64,000 nucleotides of DNA. It comes from Chrysomallon squamiferum (lineage: Eukaryota; Animalia; Mollusca). A program made the position numbers and the translations under genes. A model generated the notes under the pieces. The model was not told the DNA's origin. It did no database searches and was given only the letters and a program-made list of their open reading frames with translations. This document shows positions 39,401-52,728 of this stretch, piece after piece. The stretch lies in contig CM022670.1 of the NCBI GenBank assembly GCA_012295275.1, positions 17,794,001 through 17,858,000 of the forward strand. Reading direction: 5' to 3'. How positions within the stretch are numbered: position 1 is the first letter of the stretch; each line of letters opens with the position of its first letter.

Positions 39401-39985
39401 TTTGTCTGTCTGTTGGTCTGTCTGTTGGTCTGTCTATCTGTCTGTCTGTCTGTCTATCTGTCTGTCTGTTTATCTCTTATTCATGTTTCTCTGTACTTTT
39501 TATGGCCCGCAGAGCAATCTTCATTCTAAATCTTATCAACCTCATTTGTACCAGTAAGCCATTCGCGTCCTGATAAATTCGTTTTCTCTTATTTCTTTGA
39601 CAGATAGAAAAATGGACATTGTCCATTCTTTTCTGTAGTGTAATTGACACAGACAGTGCGAGATTAATATTAACCTATTCCACAGAGGTTTCCAGGACAA
39701 GACCGTACAGCTGTAATAACTTGCTGGTCAAAAGAAGAGACTCGAGAAAAAAAAAGCTATCAGAGATTCCACGACCACACAGCACGAGGAATAATTGGTT
39801 TAGAAAACCTCTTATCACGGCCTGACCGAGTGGGTTAAGGGATTGTGTATACCACTCAAAAGATGACCGTGGCCCACTGGTCAGTGGCCAGTCCAGCGAT
39901 GCGGAGAGATTCAGCGGGAAAAGCCTAATAATAAGATATCTCCAAGACGGACATATCAAAGTGCTAAATATAATAGTAGTAGTAT

Positions 39986-40017
<32 letters not shown>

Positions 40018-40167
40018 ATAGTAGTAGTAGTAGTAGTACTAGTAGTAATAGTAATAGTAGCAGAAGTAGTAACAGTAGTAACAAGCTTATATTTTTCATA
40101 TGTCTTAGATTGAATCATCTAATAATTAAGCTATGTGTAGAGGTACGTGTATATCGAAGAGGTGAAG

Positions 40168-40223
<56 letters not shown>

Positions 40224-40245
40224 TGAAGACGAATAAATGGCAGTG

Positions 40246-40352
<107 letters not shown>

Positions 40353-43300
40353 CGATCCTATCTAAATTATCAGTGCATTCTCATTTCATGTTTTGTTTTA
40401 GATCAAGGAGCTGTTTGATTTGATAGTTAAACTCGATAATTCACGCCAAATCCTTTTGACACTGTTTGGACCTTTTCGTCACAGAGACTTTATTAGTGTT
40501 TAAAACATAATTGATAGCTTTCTAAAGAGAGCGAAAAAGGACGCAATCTACCCACACTGACCAAAATAATTACAAATAACAAGTAACCTTAAATAACTTT
40601 CGTTTTGAAGTGGAATTCCCACGCAGTTCGATATAATTACATATATGTAATAAACTGCTTGAATCTTATGCAATGAACGAATAACATGTTTGCTTAGGAT
40701 GTCCAAAATAGAACATCCAAGGCAATGAAAAGTATCTAAATGAAAGTTCATTTAGCAAAATCGATGTTGTTGGAAAAACTGGTTTATTTCGCAAGTTTGA
40801 CAAGCCAAAGTGAATATATTAAATTTTTATATCAAATTTATATCTGCAATAGCAGAATTTTTTTAAAAAAAAAATCACAACATGATAATGAATAAAACAT
40901 CTGCTAATAAAGGGCAAACCTAAACTCCATTAATATATGGCAACACATGGCTTCATTTAATGTTAAGCTTTATGAAATAATTATTTCCACTTGAATTAGT
41001 GACCAGAGTACGAATGGGATGTTTGGAAAGGCGATGAATCTAATTACATAAAACTGTTTACACACATAACTGGTTTAAAACTGGAGGACATTGAAACCAG
41101 CACGTCTGTCGTATTAAATATGCAGAAAAACATGACTGAAACAATGAATTTTAGTTTACAAATATAATTATAATCATATGTTATTAACAGAATAAAATAC
41201 ATCTTTTCTTCGTGGTGTATCTAACCAGAGTTTTATAAGGCGCGTCTTTGAGGATACGTTGTCATTTTTATCATCATCATCATCATCGTAATGGTAATAG
41301 TAGCTTTGTTTCAGTTTTAAAATGTTTAATCTATTCTGAATTTTTATTTGTTTTATCTGAAAATTTTTTTTTAAAAAATCGTCATTTAAAAGAAAAACGA
41401 AAAAAAATCTCGGTTATTTATATATATATATCGACTTCCAATATGGTGTCGTGTTTTATTTATCTTATTTCATTACTAATTTTAAAATAATCTTCTACAC
41501 CATCTTAATGGGATAATCGTGTTAATTACATTATATCAATATCTTCTTACTGTTACTCGTACACGTTCTAATGAAACTAAGGACTGTTAATCGATAAATA
41601 ACATCATAAAGTTAACATTAACATTTACGTCTACTTTTCACATACACACGTCAATACGCTCTGTGATGCTATGATTAATCTTTTATGTAGAATGCTTGTT
41701 GTCATTCATGGGTGAAATTCGGAAACTGTTGTTTCTAATGACAGGTTATTAAAAATCATTTTCTTTGTTTTCGATGATAACCGTGATGTCGATTATTTTG
41801 TTTGTCCTGGCGTTGACGTTTTGATTTGCCCTGAAATTTTACAACATATAAAAACACGAATACCACTTTTTTCTTGGTTTTTACCAAATTCTCCCTCACA
41901 AAGTTTTGCCTGGATTTGGGCATGTATATATATTTAGGTATTAACAGTGTCATGATATGTACGTCTGTTTAGACTCTGCACACTGGCCCGGTTGGAGAGT
42001 CTAAACACAACCTCACAAATGTCTGAGGTTGCTGACGAGGCTCGAACGTACGGCAGCCATTCGCAAAAAGTATTTCGCAAGCGATTACGATACTGGTTGT
42101 CCAAAATACGTACTACTTGTCCAAAATACGTACTACTTGTCGAAAACTGAATGAAATAAAAACAGATCAATGGAAGCATCACCTGGTATTGATTCTCCAA
42201 ACTGTGATTGTGCTTTTCCTAGATATAATAGCCCAAAACAAAGTTAAACCGATTATGTTTCATAGGAGCACAGTGGTAATACGTTACTTCGTATTTCTTG
42301 TACAGGTCAGTGCTAGATTAGTGTTTTAAAGGATGAGAAAGAACAAAGGCTTGGAAAGCTCACGTCCCTGTTAGTTTTAGATAGAAGCTGCAGCCAGTGT
42401 GCGGAAGAGAGTGTATGTTTTGTATAAGACCAGACACTTGAATATCACTCAGGCTCCAGTTCTGATAGTAATTCCAAAATGAAGATTCTAGCATATTTTA
42501 ATTAAGTGGCAAATATAAGACACACGATTTTAGAAGTTAATCGGGTCGAGTAATCCTATGTGTAAATCTACTGTTTGTGCAAAGGATTTTTCTTTTCTGG
42601 TGTAGACAATGGTTTTCTTTCCCAGCTTTCTCAAAAATAAATTCGATTCGTTCACTACTTTGCATTGCTTTTTTAGTGTATTGTTTCACGTAAAACTAAT
42701 ATTTCCACTTAAATGTTTAGATGACGGTTTTATTTGGAACAGTGCTATTTCTAGAATATTGTTTTGTTTAAAACGGCATTATACATACATACATACATAC
42801 ATACATACATACATACAAACATACATACCATTGTGAAACATGACTGAAAATATTAATAAATTTGAAAATTGTTCTTGAATGACGTCAGTACAGTCTGTTG
42901 CAAAATTTCTTAAAGTCAAAATGACATTGACAAGAATGTATTTTAGTTTTGTGACAGCTAATTACAACATGATGACCTTTTCTCGATGTTAAAAAAAAGT
43001 TCTAAACACGTTTCTAATTTCCATGATGTCTATCACTAACTAGTAACGGAATTTCTCTTGTTAAAAGTGCTATATAATAACTTCTTCTATTTAATTAAGA
43101 ATTTAACTCTGAATATTAATCTATCACAAAACAATTTTTTTAAACTTATCTTTTTACAATAGAAAATGAGTGGAATACAATGGAATTGTAAAAATGGATA
43201 TCAGGTGTCTGGAAAAAGACAATTAGTATATAACGAAATTCGTGAGTTTGTAGAATACTGAATGTGGCATCATAGTATGCATGGGGTAATTGTTAACCTT

Positions 43301-43760
43301 ATTGATTAGGTCAATTAGGCTAGATTAAAGAAAGAGGCTTCATATTGTGCTCTGGTATCAGAAGTATGTTTAATATTAAAGTTATTCATAGCAATAAGGG
43401 TGGTAACAAAATCTATTACATGAAGGGTTCATGTATACCAAACATGCAACTCGCAACTTGTGTGTCGATCACTCTGAGGGCAGCAAGACTGAGGCAGAAT
43501 TTCTTCGTGGTATTGGGTGGAACATCTGCCTAAACCACCAAAATTAAAATCGAAGAACATTAACAAAAAAACTCTGACAAAATGTGTTTAATCTACCTTT
43601 CATTGCTAATATATTTCTTAATAAAAAAAAATCGTGACTTTTTCCTGTGACTTGTTTTCCTGTGTTTCTTTTTTATTACTTATTTTCCCCTAGATTCCAT
43701 TTTTACTCTGAAACTGTAGTTTTCACAGACACTTTCAGCATAGCTTGTTGAGAAAATATA

Positions 43761-43799
<39 letters not shown>

Positions 43800-45517
43800 A
43801 GATGTGGAACAGAACCGATTCACAGAAAGTTAAAGTATATTAGATTTTTATTTCCTTAAAGATTACAAATCAGATGGCAATAAGTAAGATACTATGGCAA
43901 TATTAATCGATCTTAGACCAGTCACCTAGGTTCGCTTACTTGATATTCTTATTTTGACACGTGATCTTGGAAATGAAGAATTAAGAGAAGGTCACAGGAG
44001 TGGGGTATCAGAGTTTTAAAAACATGAAATGTTGCTAGTGTTTTTTTCGCCTCGCTGATCTTGATAATGGCTTTTTAGTAGCCTCGCAGAAATTAATCGA
44101 TAGCAAAGCAAGAAATACGACACCAAATGCATAGTTATGACGTTTTTAATAATCAGATGTCAGGAGTGTGAATGAATGAATGTTTGGTTAATGACAGCTT
44201 AAAACATTTTCTAATATTAATGGTTATTGGGTGTCAAACGTATCGGTTTGTTTTGTATATTAATGACCCGAGAAGAAATCAGTTACAACCTTTCCGCAGA
44301 TTGCTTATACTGAATGACAAAGAAAGAAGAAAAGAAGTTTTATATAAACATCATTCGTCGAGAAGCAGCATGATCAAAAGAACATTGATATGCGTAATAC
44401 CAATCTCTTTAATACGTGAGTAGCCTAGTAGTGGTTGGAACGGGTAATTTACCTATAGCGGGTCACCACTGAATCCTCCACTCTAATCGCTGAACTAAAA
44501 GTGCAGCTAAATCGTCTGAAATCATAAGAAAAAAAAATGTGTATTTTAGATTCCAGACTGGAGTGGGAGGATTTTCAGACAGCTTGATTTATCTGGCTAT
44601 CGCGAAGGAAGACTAAATACGTAACTGTACACTACAGTAATGAAACGAAGAATTTAATAACACAGAGATTTACATTATATTCATTAATTACTTTTATAAA
44701 AGAGAGATCAATTAACTGCTTCATCATTGTGTAATAAACTGGGAAAAGTCGCACGTCATTCGAAAACCGAGAAGCAAATTACTGGCACGTCCAGTTTAAG
44801 TTAATATCTGGCACGTCCAGTTTATAGTTAATATCATATGACACCCTCACACATACATACATACATATACATACATACATACATACATACATACATACGG
44901 AAACTAAGACAATTATAATCCAGTTAGAAGACTTAGTAATATATCATTAAAAAAAAGATTCAAACAATGTTAGCGGAGATTAAAGAACACATTAATGTCT
45001 GTGATACCCACAGAAGTGAACTGATCCTATGACATGCAGTAGTTCAGAAAATCTTCAGACTTGCTTGTAGAAGAACGAGTAAAGACGACGCACTCAGAGA
45101 CGAGTGAAAACAGAACCATTATTCACCTGAATTCTCCAGACGGCGACACTAATTCAAGTAAATTTCATGCTTCCATTATTCCATTTAATTTTTTTGGTCT
45201 TCGTTACGTACTTGACAATATTCATGTTTTAACATTATATTGATCGAATTCCGATGCACATACTTCTCAAACACAATCCTGAAGGCTGAGATTTCTGTTT
45301 AAGACAGGTCAGTGCATTTCTCAACTATTTAGAGAAGAGCAGCAAATGTGAAGCAGAAAAGAGGCCAATTTAACTCTTCAAGAATAAATGCTTTGCATTC
45401 TGAATATTTCTCAGATTTTTAGCCAAAAAATGTTCATATTGATGTCTCCAGCAGAAATTCAGGATAAGCAGTAATGGAAATGAAGGGGTGAATGGTGAAT
45501 AAATCGATGAAAATGGA

Positions 45518-46686
45518 AGATTCATTTCTTATTTCTTCAGGGTTAGACGGTCTTGTTCTCAGTCATTCATTTCATACGTGGCCTTTCACTCAATTATTTT
45601 ACTGTAGAAAACACTGATATCAATGTCACATTTCTATCAGTTAAAATTAATTTATAATTAAGCTTGACTGGATGGCTCTGTTCAGTTAATATCTTCACAT
45701 AATATCTAGAAACAAAAACTGGTTTTTGTCGCTGGTCGAAATTATACATTTCAAATGCAAAGAAGAATTAAATTCTAAGGTGAAAATAATTAAAGTTTTT
45801 TTGCTGTTGTTCCTGATTTTGTTGATTGTTTTTTTTTTCCCCTTCTTTTTCTTTTTCTTTTCATTTCTTTTTTTAAAAATCAAAGAAAAGAAACAAAGCT
45901 GCTCCTTCTCAAAGATAACATCGGTCACCTGCAATATGTCTAATTTATAGAGAAGAAGTAAAAGAAATGAAAAGAACGTGCAAGATTAAAGGAAATGTGT
46001 TAGGAGATTTTGGCACCACATTCACGTTACCTGATTCACACACAAGATAACTATCTCTAGAGACTAATCAAAGAAAATACTTTTTAAATTTAGGCAGTCT
46101 TGTGAAACGTTTGACGTTCATACACGTAAATAGAATAAACTGGTTATCCATGTTCAGCAGGAATGAAAGAAAGATCACATACACACCCATATATAACTGC
46201 ATACATACATACATATTACATGTGTGTTTTATTTCTTTGAATTTCTGAAGCAGAAATAGAGCAATATACATTCATAAGTACAGATTCTCCAGCGTATTTT
46301 GTTTTGTTATTGTTGTTGGATTATTATTACTGTTGTTGTTGTTGTTGTTACCTTCCAAAAAACCCATTATCATTACTATTCATGGTTACTCATTAATTAC
46401 TTTATCGTTTTATGTTCTTAGAACCAGTAAAAACCCACAGAACACTGGTTTTGAGCTAACTGATTCTGAAATTATTAAACTAAAATGAATTACTTATGCA
46501 GATGTTCATAGTACAATTAAATATAACAGTCGTAAGTCAGACCACCCTGGTACCAATGGATATTATCAACATATATCATTGTGTGACTCAGATTAATTTC
46601 TTATTTCTTTAAGGTCAGATTGGTCTTGTTCTCCCTCATTCATTTCATACGTGGCCTTTCACTCAATTATTTTACTTGTAGAAAAC
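45518..46686. repeat. Pair of ~95-bp direct repeats (45518-45612 and 46590-46686)
   Basis: Shared GGTCTTGTTCTC..TCATTCATTTCATACGTGGCCTTTCACTCAATTATTTTAC(T)TGTAGAAAAC. Confidence 0.9.
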
Positions 46687-49261
46687 GCCATTACGCCATT
46701 TATTTATTACAGTCCAAACAATCTTGTTCTTCTTTCAGTCGATAGACAGACGATTTTTTTTTTTTTCTGATATTAGATGAATAAAAAGTTAAGAAAAAGA
46801 TATTACTGATCCAAAATATTTGCGGAAAACTACAGGCTAATATATGATGTTTTTACCCCTCAAGATTAAATCACTCAATATTTAATCGACTTGTAATAAA
46901 ACTGAAGAATATGTTAATTTCACTTCACCTCCATTCATTTTTGTCGTTTTTGGCGTCCATGACTTTAATCATCTTATTCCTCTGATATCATGCTGTCATT
47001 TTGTAATAAATAATCTATAATAACTGGTGTCATATCGCTATTTTCATCTGTTCTGTAAAATGAAAGATAAATAAACGGAGGAAGAAATATGCAGCACATA
47101 ATATTCCATTAAAAGCGATCATATATTTTCTGCAGATACAAACACCACCACGAAAAAAAAAAAAAAAAAGTGATTAAGTAAAATAAGCTGTCGTAAGCAG
47201 ATGTTATTGGCAGTGTCAGAATATGCGATCACAAAAGGCGTGCTTGAATATATATTTGGTAGAAGCATTGTTGAAAAAAGATAATACTAAAATCTATCAA
47301 TATCAACGTCTTCTAAATTAAAATAAAATCACTGTAATAAATTGTTTCCAGTTCCAACCAGTGCTTTGCTATTAAACCTCTTCCGATATACGCTAGCTTA
47401 TAAGTACCTAACACGATCTACAATGTGTTTCTACAGTTTTATTTTCTATTTTCCTTTATTATTATTTTATTCTAAAAGAAGAAAGAAAGAAAAGGAAAGA
47501 AAGAAAGAAAAGAAAGGAAAAAAGAAAGGAAGAAAGAATAAACCTAAAGGCTGGAACTTAAAGTATGAAAAATACCAAAATTTTGTATAATTATATTAAG
47601 TTGTCTGTGTTTTAATTATGAAAGTGAACACATGACAGTCTGAGAAACAAGGAATTACTGGAACTATATTAATATAATTCAGTGCCTATACGCTGTGCTG
47701 CTTATTGTTACAGAAGTTGCTATAATGAAAATTTTTCTCCCGCTGAATTAATTGATTGTAACAGAGTCATCTTAAGTCTGTCCATTAATATTATATAAAT
47801 AATAAGTAAAGAACAAGTAATACTTTAATGGTTTTGTTTTGTCGTTAACAATTATTTATATGACAATCTTTAGAACAATTATCTAAAGCAGCCGTTCATA
47901 CTGGGGGCCCGGGCACTGTTGAAGATGGTCAGAGACTGGAAAGTTTATGAAGGGAAATTTCTGTCTTTCTGTTCGTGTTGTTTCAGAATTGACAGGGGGC
48001 ATTGGTAGCTGAGAAGAACACAGATAAAAAAATAACAACAACAACAACGACAACAACAACAACAACAATAACAAATAAATAAATAAAGTTAGAGAATGGC
48101 TGATCTAAAGCGTAAAACTATGTATAACTGCAGCTCGATCAACAACTAAATTGTTTAAACACATTGAGTATATAAGAAAAAGAGACACTGCAAGAATAAG
48201 GCCTGTCCATCTTACAAATTTAATTGTGTTTTAAAGTTAAAAACAAGTTCTTAACGACCAATATTCTGAACGGGTTCATCAATCTTGAGAGTCTTTCGAA
48301 CAATACACAATTAGCTTTCCCAAAAATACGGTCTAGGTTGTAGTGACCTCTTCAAAGATGTGAAAATAAGAAAATTCATTTATTTGTTATGTCTAGAAAT
48401 TCAGTTTTCAGTGAATTGTTTGGTAATTCTGATATTCGGCGATCAGACTAATTGATTAAGCCATGATAGATAATCAGATGAATGTAATTCCAAAATAACC
48501 TTAACAAATAAGCCAGATAAGTTATAGTCTTTATTTATGAAGGCCATTCTTCGATACAGATTCTTTAACGGATAAATTGTCTAGATTCTCATGTATAGAA
48601 TTCAATATAGGTTTAAAATGGTCAGTTTTACAGTCTGCGAAATATAAATCAGCGTCGATGAGTGGAAAAAAGTCCATTTGAGTTTGCTTAAAGCGTTCAG
48701 ACAATTATTGTACCAATTTGATCATAATCAACAAAAGCGTCACCAATAAAAATAAATAGATGTGATTAAAGTGTGCTCTGTACCGAGGTGATGCGAATGG
48801 AGAAAATCAATTATAGTAGACGTATTTGTTATTTGTGCAGATCAGATGGGGTTTTCAATGGACAGTCATATTCTGAATAGTATGCGTAAATTCAAGCAAA
48901 TGCAGTTGCACAGACCAATCAATCAAAAACACAATTTGCTTTTCACAATATTCTAACCTGCCAAGGCGACATACCGGTCAATTACATGTTCAGAATACAA
49001 TAAACGCCGCTATATGTTTTAATTATTATTTATATTCCTGTGAATGTCAGTTCTATATATCTACTACATGGCCATTAACCGCACGAACAAAGGGCAAATA
49101 GGGCACAGCTGTAGCAGTGAAAAGATGCAGAGGTTTTTGTTTATGTCTGTCCTGTGATAACTGATATTCGTTTTAGTCGAGAAAAACAGGTAATAATCAT
49201 CTGAAAGCTGTTGCACGAATATAAACTAAGTGAAGTTGTTTCCCTGTCAAAGGCTTCATGA

Positions 49262-49399
49262 TGACGTGCACATTATAAAAGCACAAAGCTGTTAACCCGG
49301 GTAACCAGGTGGGTGTGACGTCAGATATGACGTGAGAACAGTCTGTTGATTAGCAACGAGCGAAAGCTGTTTCTGGAACATTAGATCGATATTACGTCA
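49262..49399. promoter_or_regulatory. Cluster of CRE/bZIP sites with TATA box
   Basis: TGACGT 49262, TATAAAAG 49274-49281, TGACGTCA 49316-49323, TGACGT 49328, TTACGTCA 49392-49399. Confidence 0.45.
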
Positions 49400-52007
49400 T
49401 CATCTGGGTTTAACGATCTTAAACTTCCTACGTTTTAGAACGTTTAAACAAGATACAGCTTTGTAACTGGCCATGTTAGAGACAGAATCAATTGTTTTTT
49501 TTTCTGAAGCATTCACTTAATGCATACTCTGTGTAATTCAATGGTAGACCAATTGTACGAAATGCTATTGGTCGTTGCTTCGATTTTTCTCGTTACATCC
49601 ACTGAGTTATTTCCTGTTCCAATTAGTTCTCTGCTACATATGCACCGAGAGACACAGAATTTATAAGCTGATCAAAAAATTCCTTTCTGATAATAACTGA
49701 CACAACCAGAGACTTAATGCTGATAAATCGTCTCAAAGTTTAATAATATCCAGACCAGTGACGTTTCACAAATACAAGTAATAAAATAATGTGTTATTGA
49801 GTTTGAATTTTGATAAATATAAATTTCCCTTTTAGTCATTAATCAGGGAATAACTTTATTACTCGAAGAAGACAGAGTGTTTACTCGGTAAACTGTAATG
49901 ACATTTAGTAAATATTTCTATGGACTCTCATTTCATTAATATATCATATATATTACATACATACATACATAACTCACACATACATACATTTATACATAGA
50001 TAGATACATACATACATACATACATATAAATAAACATACATACACACATCCATTTTTCCATACGTACAAACATACGTACATATACTTCGAATTGTTTTAT
50101 CTGCATGCATAAATATATACATATACCAATATATACATAAGTAAAACACACATATAATCACGAACACAATACTTTATTTTATTTCACTTCAATATAGTCT
50201 GTTCTAAACATTTCATAAAAAATAGACATGAAAAAAACAACAACTGAAGTTTGATACTTTTATATCAAAAATAACTCTGACTGGTACTTTTAGTGGTAAA
50301 AATGTGGTAAACACACGATGATTATCGATCACTTCGCTAAATGAAGCTAAAAATTATCACCATTTCATATAACATATGAAAATTAAATTCGAGATCAAAA
50401 CACTTTATTTTAAGATGTACAGCTTATTTACATTGCATGGTGCGGAAAGGTGATACTGTCTGCTTTTTGTAGGTTTATTTAGTGATATAACTGATAATCA
50501 CGGGATGCATTGTCGTTGGGCTTTTTTATATTTCAGTTCCTCCAAAAGAGAAACTGTTTTACATAAAAATATAATACAAAAGAAGACATATAAATATGTT
50601 ATATACTAAAACGAAATATCTAAAAGAATAATAACAGAATATTTTAGAGTGTGTCAATATATAGTTGAAAACATGGACAAACTTGATACATTAGCATATT
50701 TCAGAGTAGTATTCTAAACACGGCGACTGCTCTGAGTGTTGCTTCACTAAATGATATCAGACAATTATGCTTCAGGTGGGAACTAACCAACTTGGTCAGT
50801 GGAATTCCTCTTGAACGTTGTCCACTCACATTAGCCGAGAAATTTATCAAAATAATTCATATATCATCTTAATTATCATCGTGCCCAGGAGACGCCATTT
50901 GCAAATCCACTTTGCGTCTTCCGATTCCCTGTTCTCCATCATGTAAATTAGTTAATATCGCCTCAAAGACGTCCCGGATGATCAGAATCCCACAATCGAC
51001 CATCAGAGTTCAATTCCGAGATCCAGACTGGAACGATTACCTAATAATCAAAGATTGCTCACGACCCACAGAGAGAAGAGAAAAAAAAAGTCGTATTTTT
51101 TAAACTAGTCTTCGTTTCTGAATCTCTTTTGTCTTCGTGATTTATTAACGTGTCTACCTCTCTGGTGATTTCGCTGGATGTATTATTCATGGTGGTCTTG
51201 GCTCTCTCTCTCCTAACTTTTTTTTTTTTTTTTCATCTCTTCACAACTTCTATATTTATTCACTGACGCGATTAATCCCTTCTGCGAGGTCTGAATCAGA
51301 CTGCTTATGTCATTATGGCCATCTATCAACACCAATTTCGCAAAAAGAAGTAAATGTCTAAATTGTTCGTGTCGTTCAGTGTCTCGTTTCATAATCTGTT
51401 TTCCTAGAACCAAGTAAATATAGTTTTCGGTAATTTTCTAGCAAGCAGAGTATGTAAACACTTGATTTTGCAGTTTGTTTGACATTTGGGAGATTTCTTT
51501 TTATAGATTTCCGCTGTCTTCAGTTTATGAAGAAAATGTCCACAAAAAATTAAACCTGCATTCTTCGGTAATAGTTTCTGCTTGTTTTATGTGTGTTAAG
51601 ATATGATTAAACACTTTTATTTTAGTTAATTTTTTTCTAGTGTTTTTCGTCTGGTGAAAATCGAAATGTCAAATGTTGCAGACAGATTTCGCGATTTTTT
51701 CTCTTATTATGACGTTGTTATCCAGTTATTATCACATTATGCAACAGCTCAACAATAATTTTATTATATCTTATTTAATATCTAATAAGTAGGAGAAAAT
51801 TATAGTTCTAACAGATAACCTTTGATTGATTTGTTTCTTTTTGTTTTATTTTATTTGTTTAGTTTATAATGATCATTATCATCATTATTATCATCGTATT
51901 TATCATCATCATCACCATCATCAGTTCGTTTATTAATTTATTTATCCTTCCAGTATTTATTCATTTTTTCATTCATTGTATTTTATTTCTCTCTACTTTT
52001 TTCTTCT

Positions 52008-52046
<39 letters not shown>

Positions 52047-52159
52047 CTTTTTTTTATCATTATTATTACTGAATAAATAAATTAATATTTTATTTAAAAG
52101 CGTTTTTAGCTACCAGACATCATTATTTCAAAAGTTCAGTCTAACCTGGGTTAATCATA

Positions 52160-52311
52160 ATAGACTTTCATCTCCAAGCACACATCAGTTAAACAATTAC
52201 TGGATGAACAGAACTACAGACAGACCGATGGACCGATAGACTTTCATCTCCAAGCACACATCAGTTAAACAATTACTGGATGAACAGAACTACAGACAGA
52301 CCGATGGACCG
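52160..52311. repeat. Perfect tandem duplication, 76 bp x 2
   Basis: ATAGACTTTCATCTCCAAGCACACATCAGTTAAACAATTACTGGATGAACAGAACTACAGACAGACCGATGGACCG at 52160 and 52236. Confidence 0.95.
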
Positions 52312-52655
52312 ATCAACTGGCCTGACATCCACTCTGTCTACCAGTCAATTATCTAATAGACAAATCGAAATATCGACTTTAAATTTATCTTCATAAGTCA
52401 AATAATGCACAAAATTTGAATTTATTTCAAAATGTAATTATTGACCTCTGGTTATGGTCCATGTATTCGTTATTTTCGTAGATTAAGATGATAGGATCAC
52501 ACATACCACGACATTTGTACGCAGAGTTGTCTAGCGCTGATTTCAGTGTTAGATACAAAAATAGAGAAAACAGCGTAATAAGAATATTTTATTTATTTAT
52601 TTATTTATTTCTTCTTCTTCTTCTTCTTCTTCTTCTTCTTCTTCTTCTTCTTCTT

Positions 52656-52686
<31 letters not shown>

Positions 52687-52696
52687 TTATTATTAT

Positions 52697-52728
<32 letters not shown>

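Noticed and set aside
39815-39900. tRNA-like start GGCCTGACCGAGTGGGTTAAGG (also B-box-like GGTTCAATTCC at 59161 and SINE-like GGAGGAAAACCGGAG at ~37221)
   Set aside because: No complete cloverleaf or paired A/B boxes; at most decayed SINE fragments.
41934-42200. 88-aa minus-strand ORF as candidate GPCR first exon
   Set aside because: No TM1/TM2 motifs, it contains a 20-bp tandem duplication, and I found no convincing phase-1 donor.
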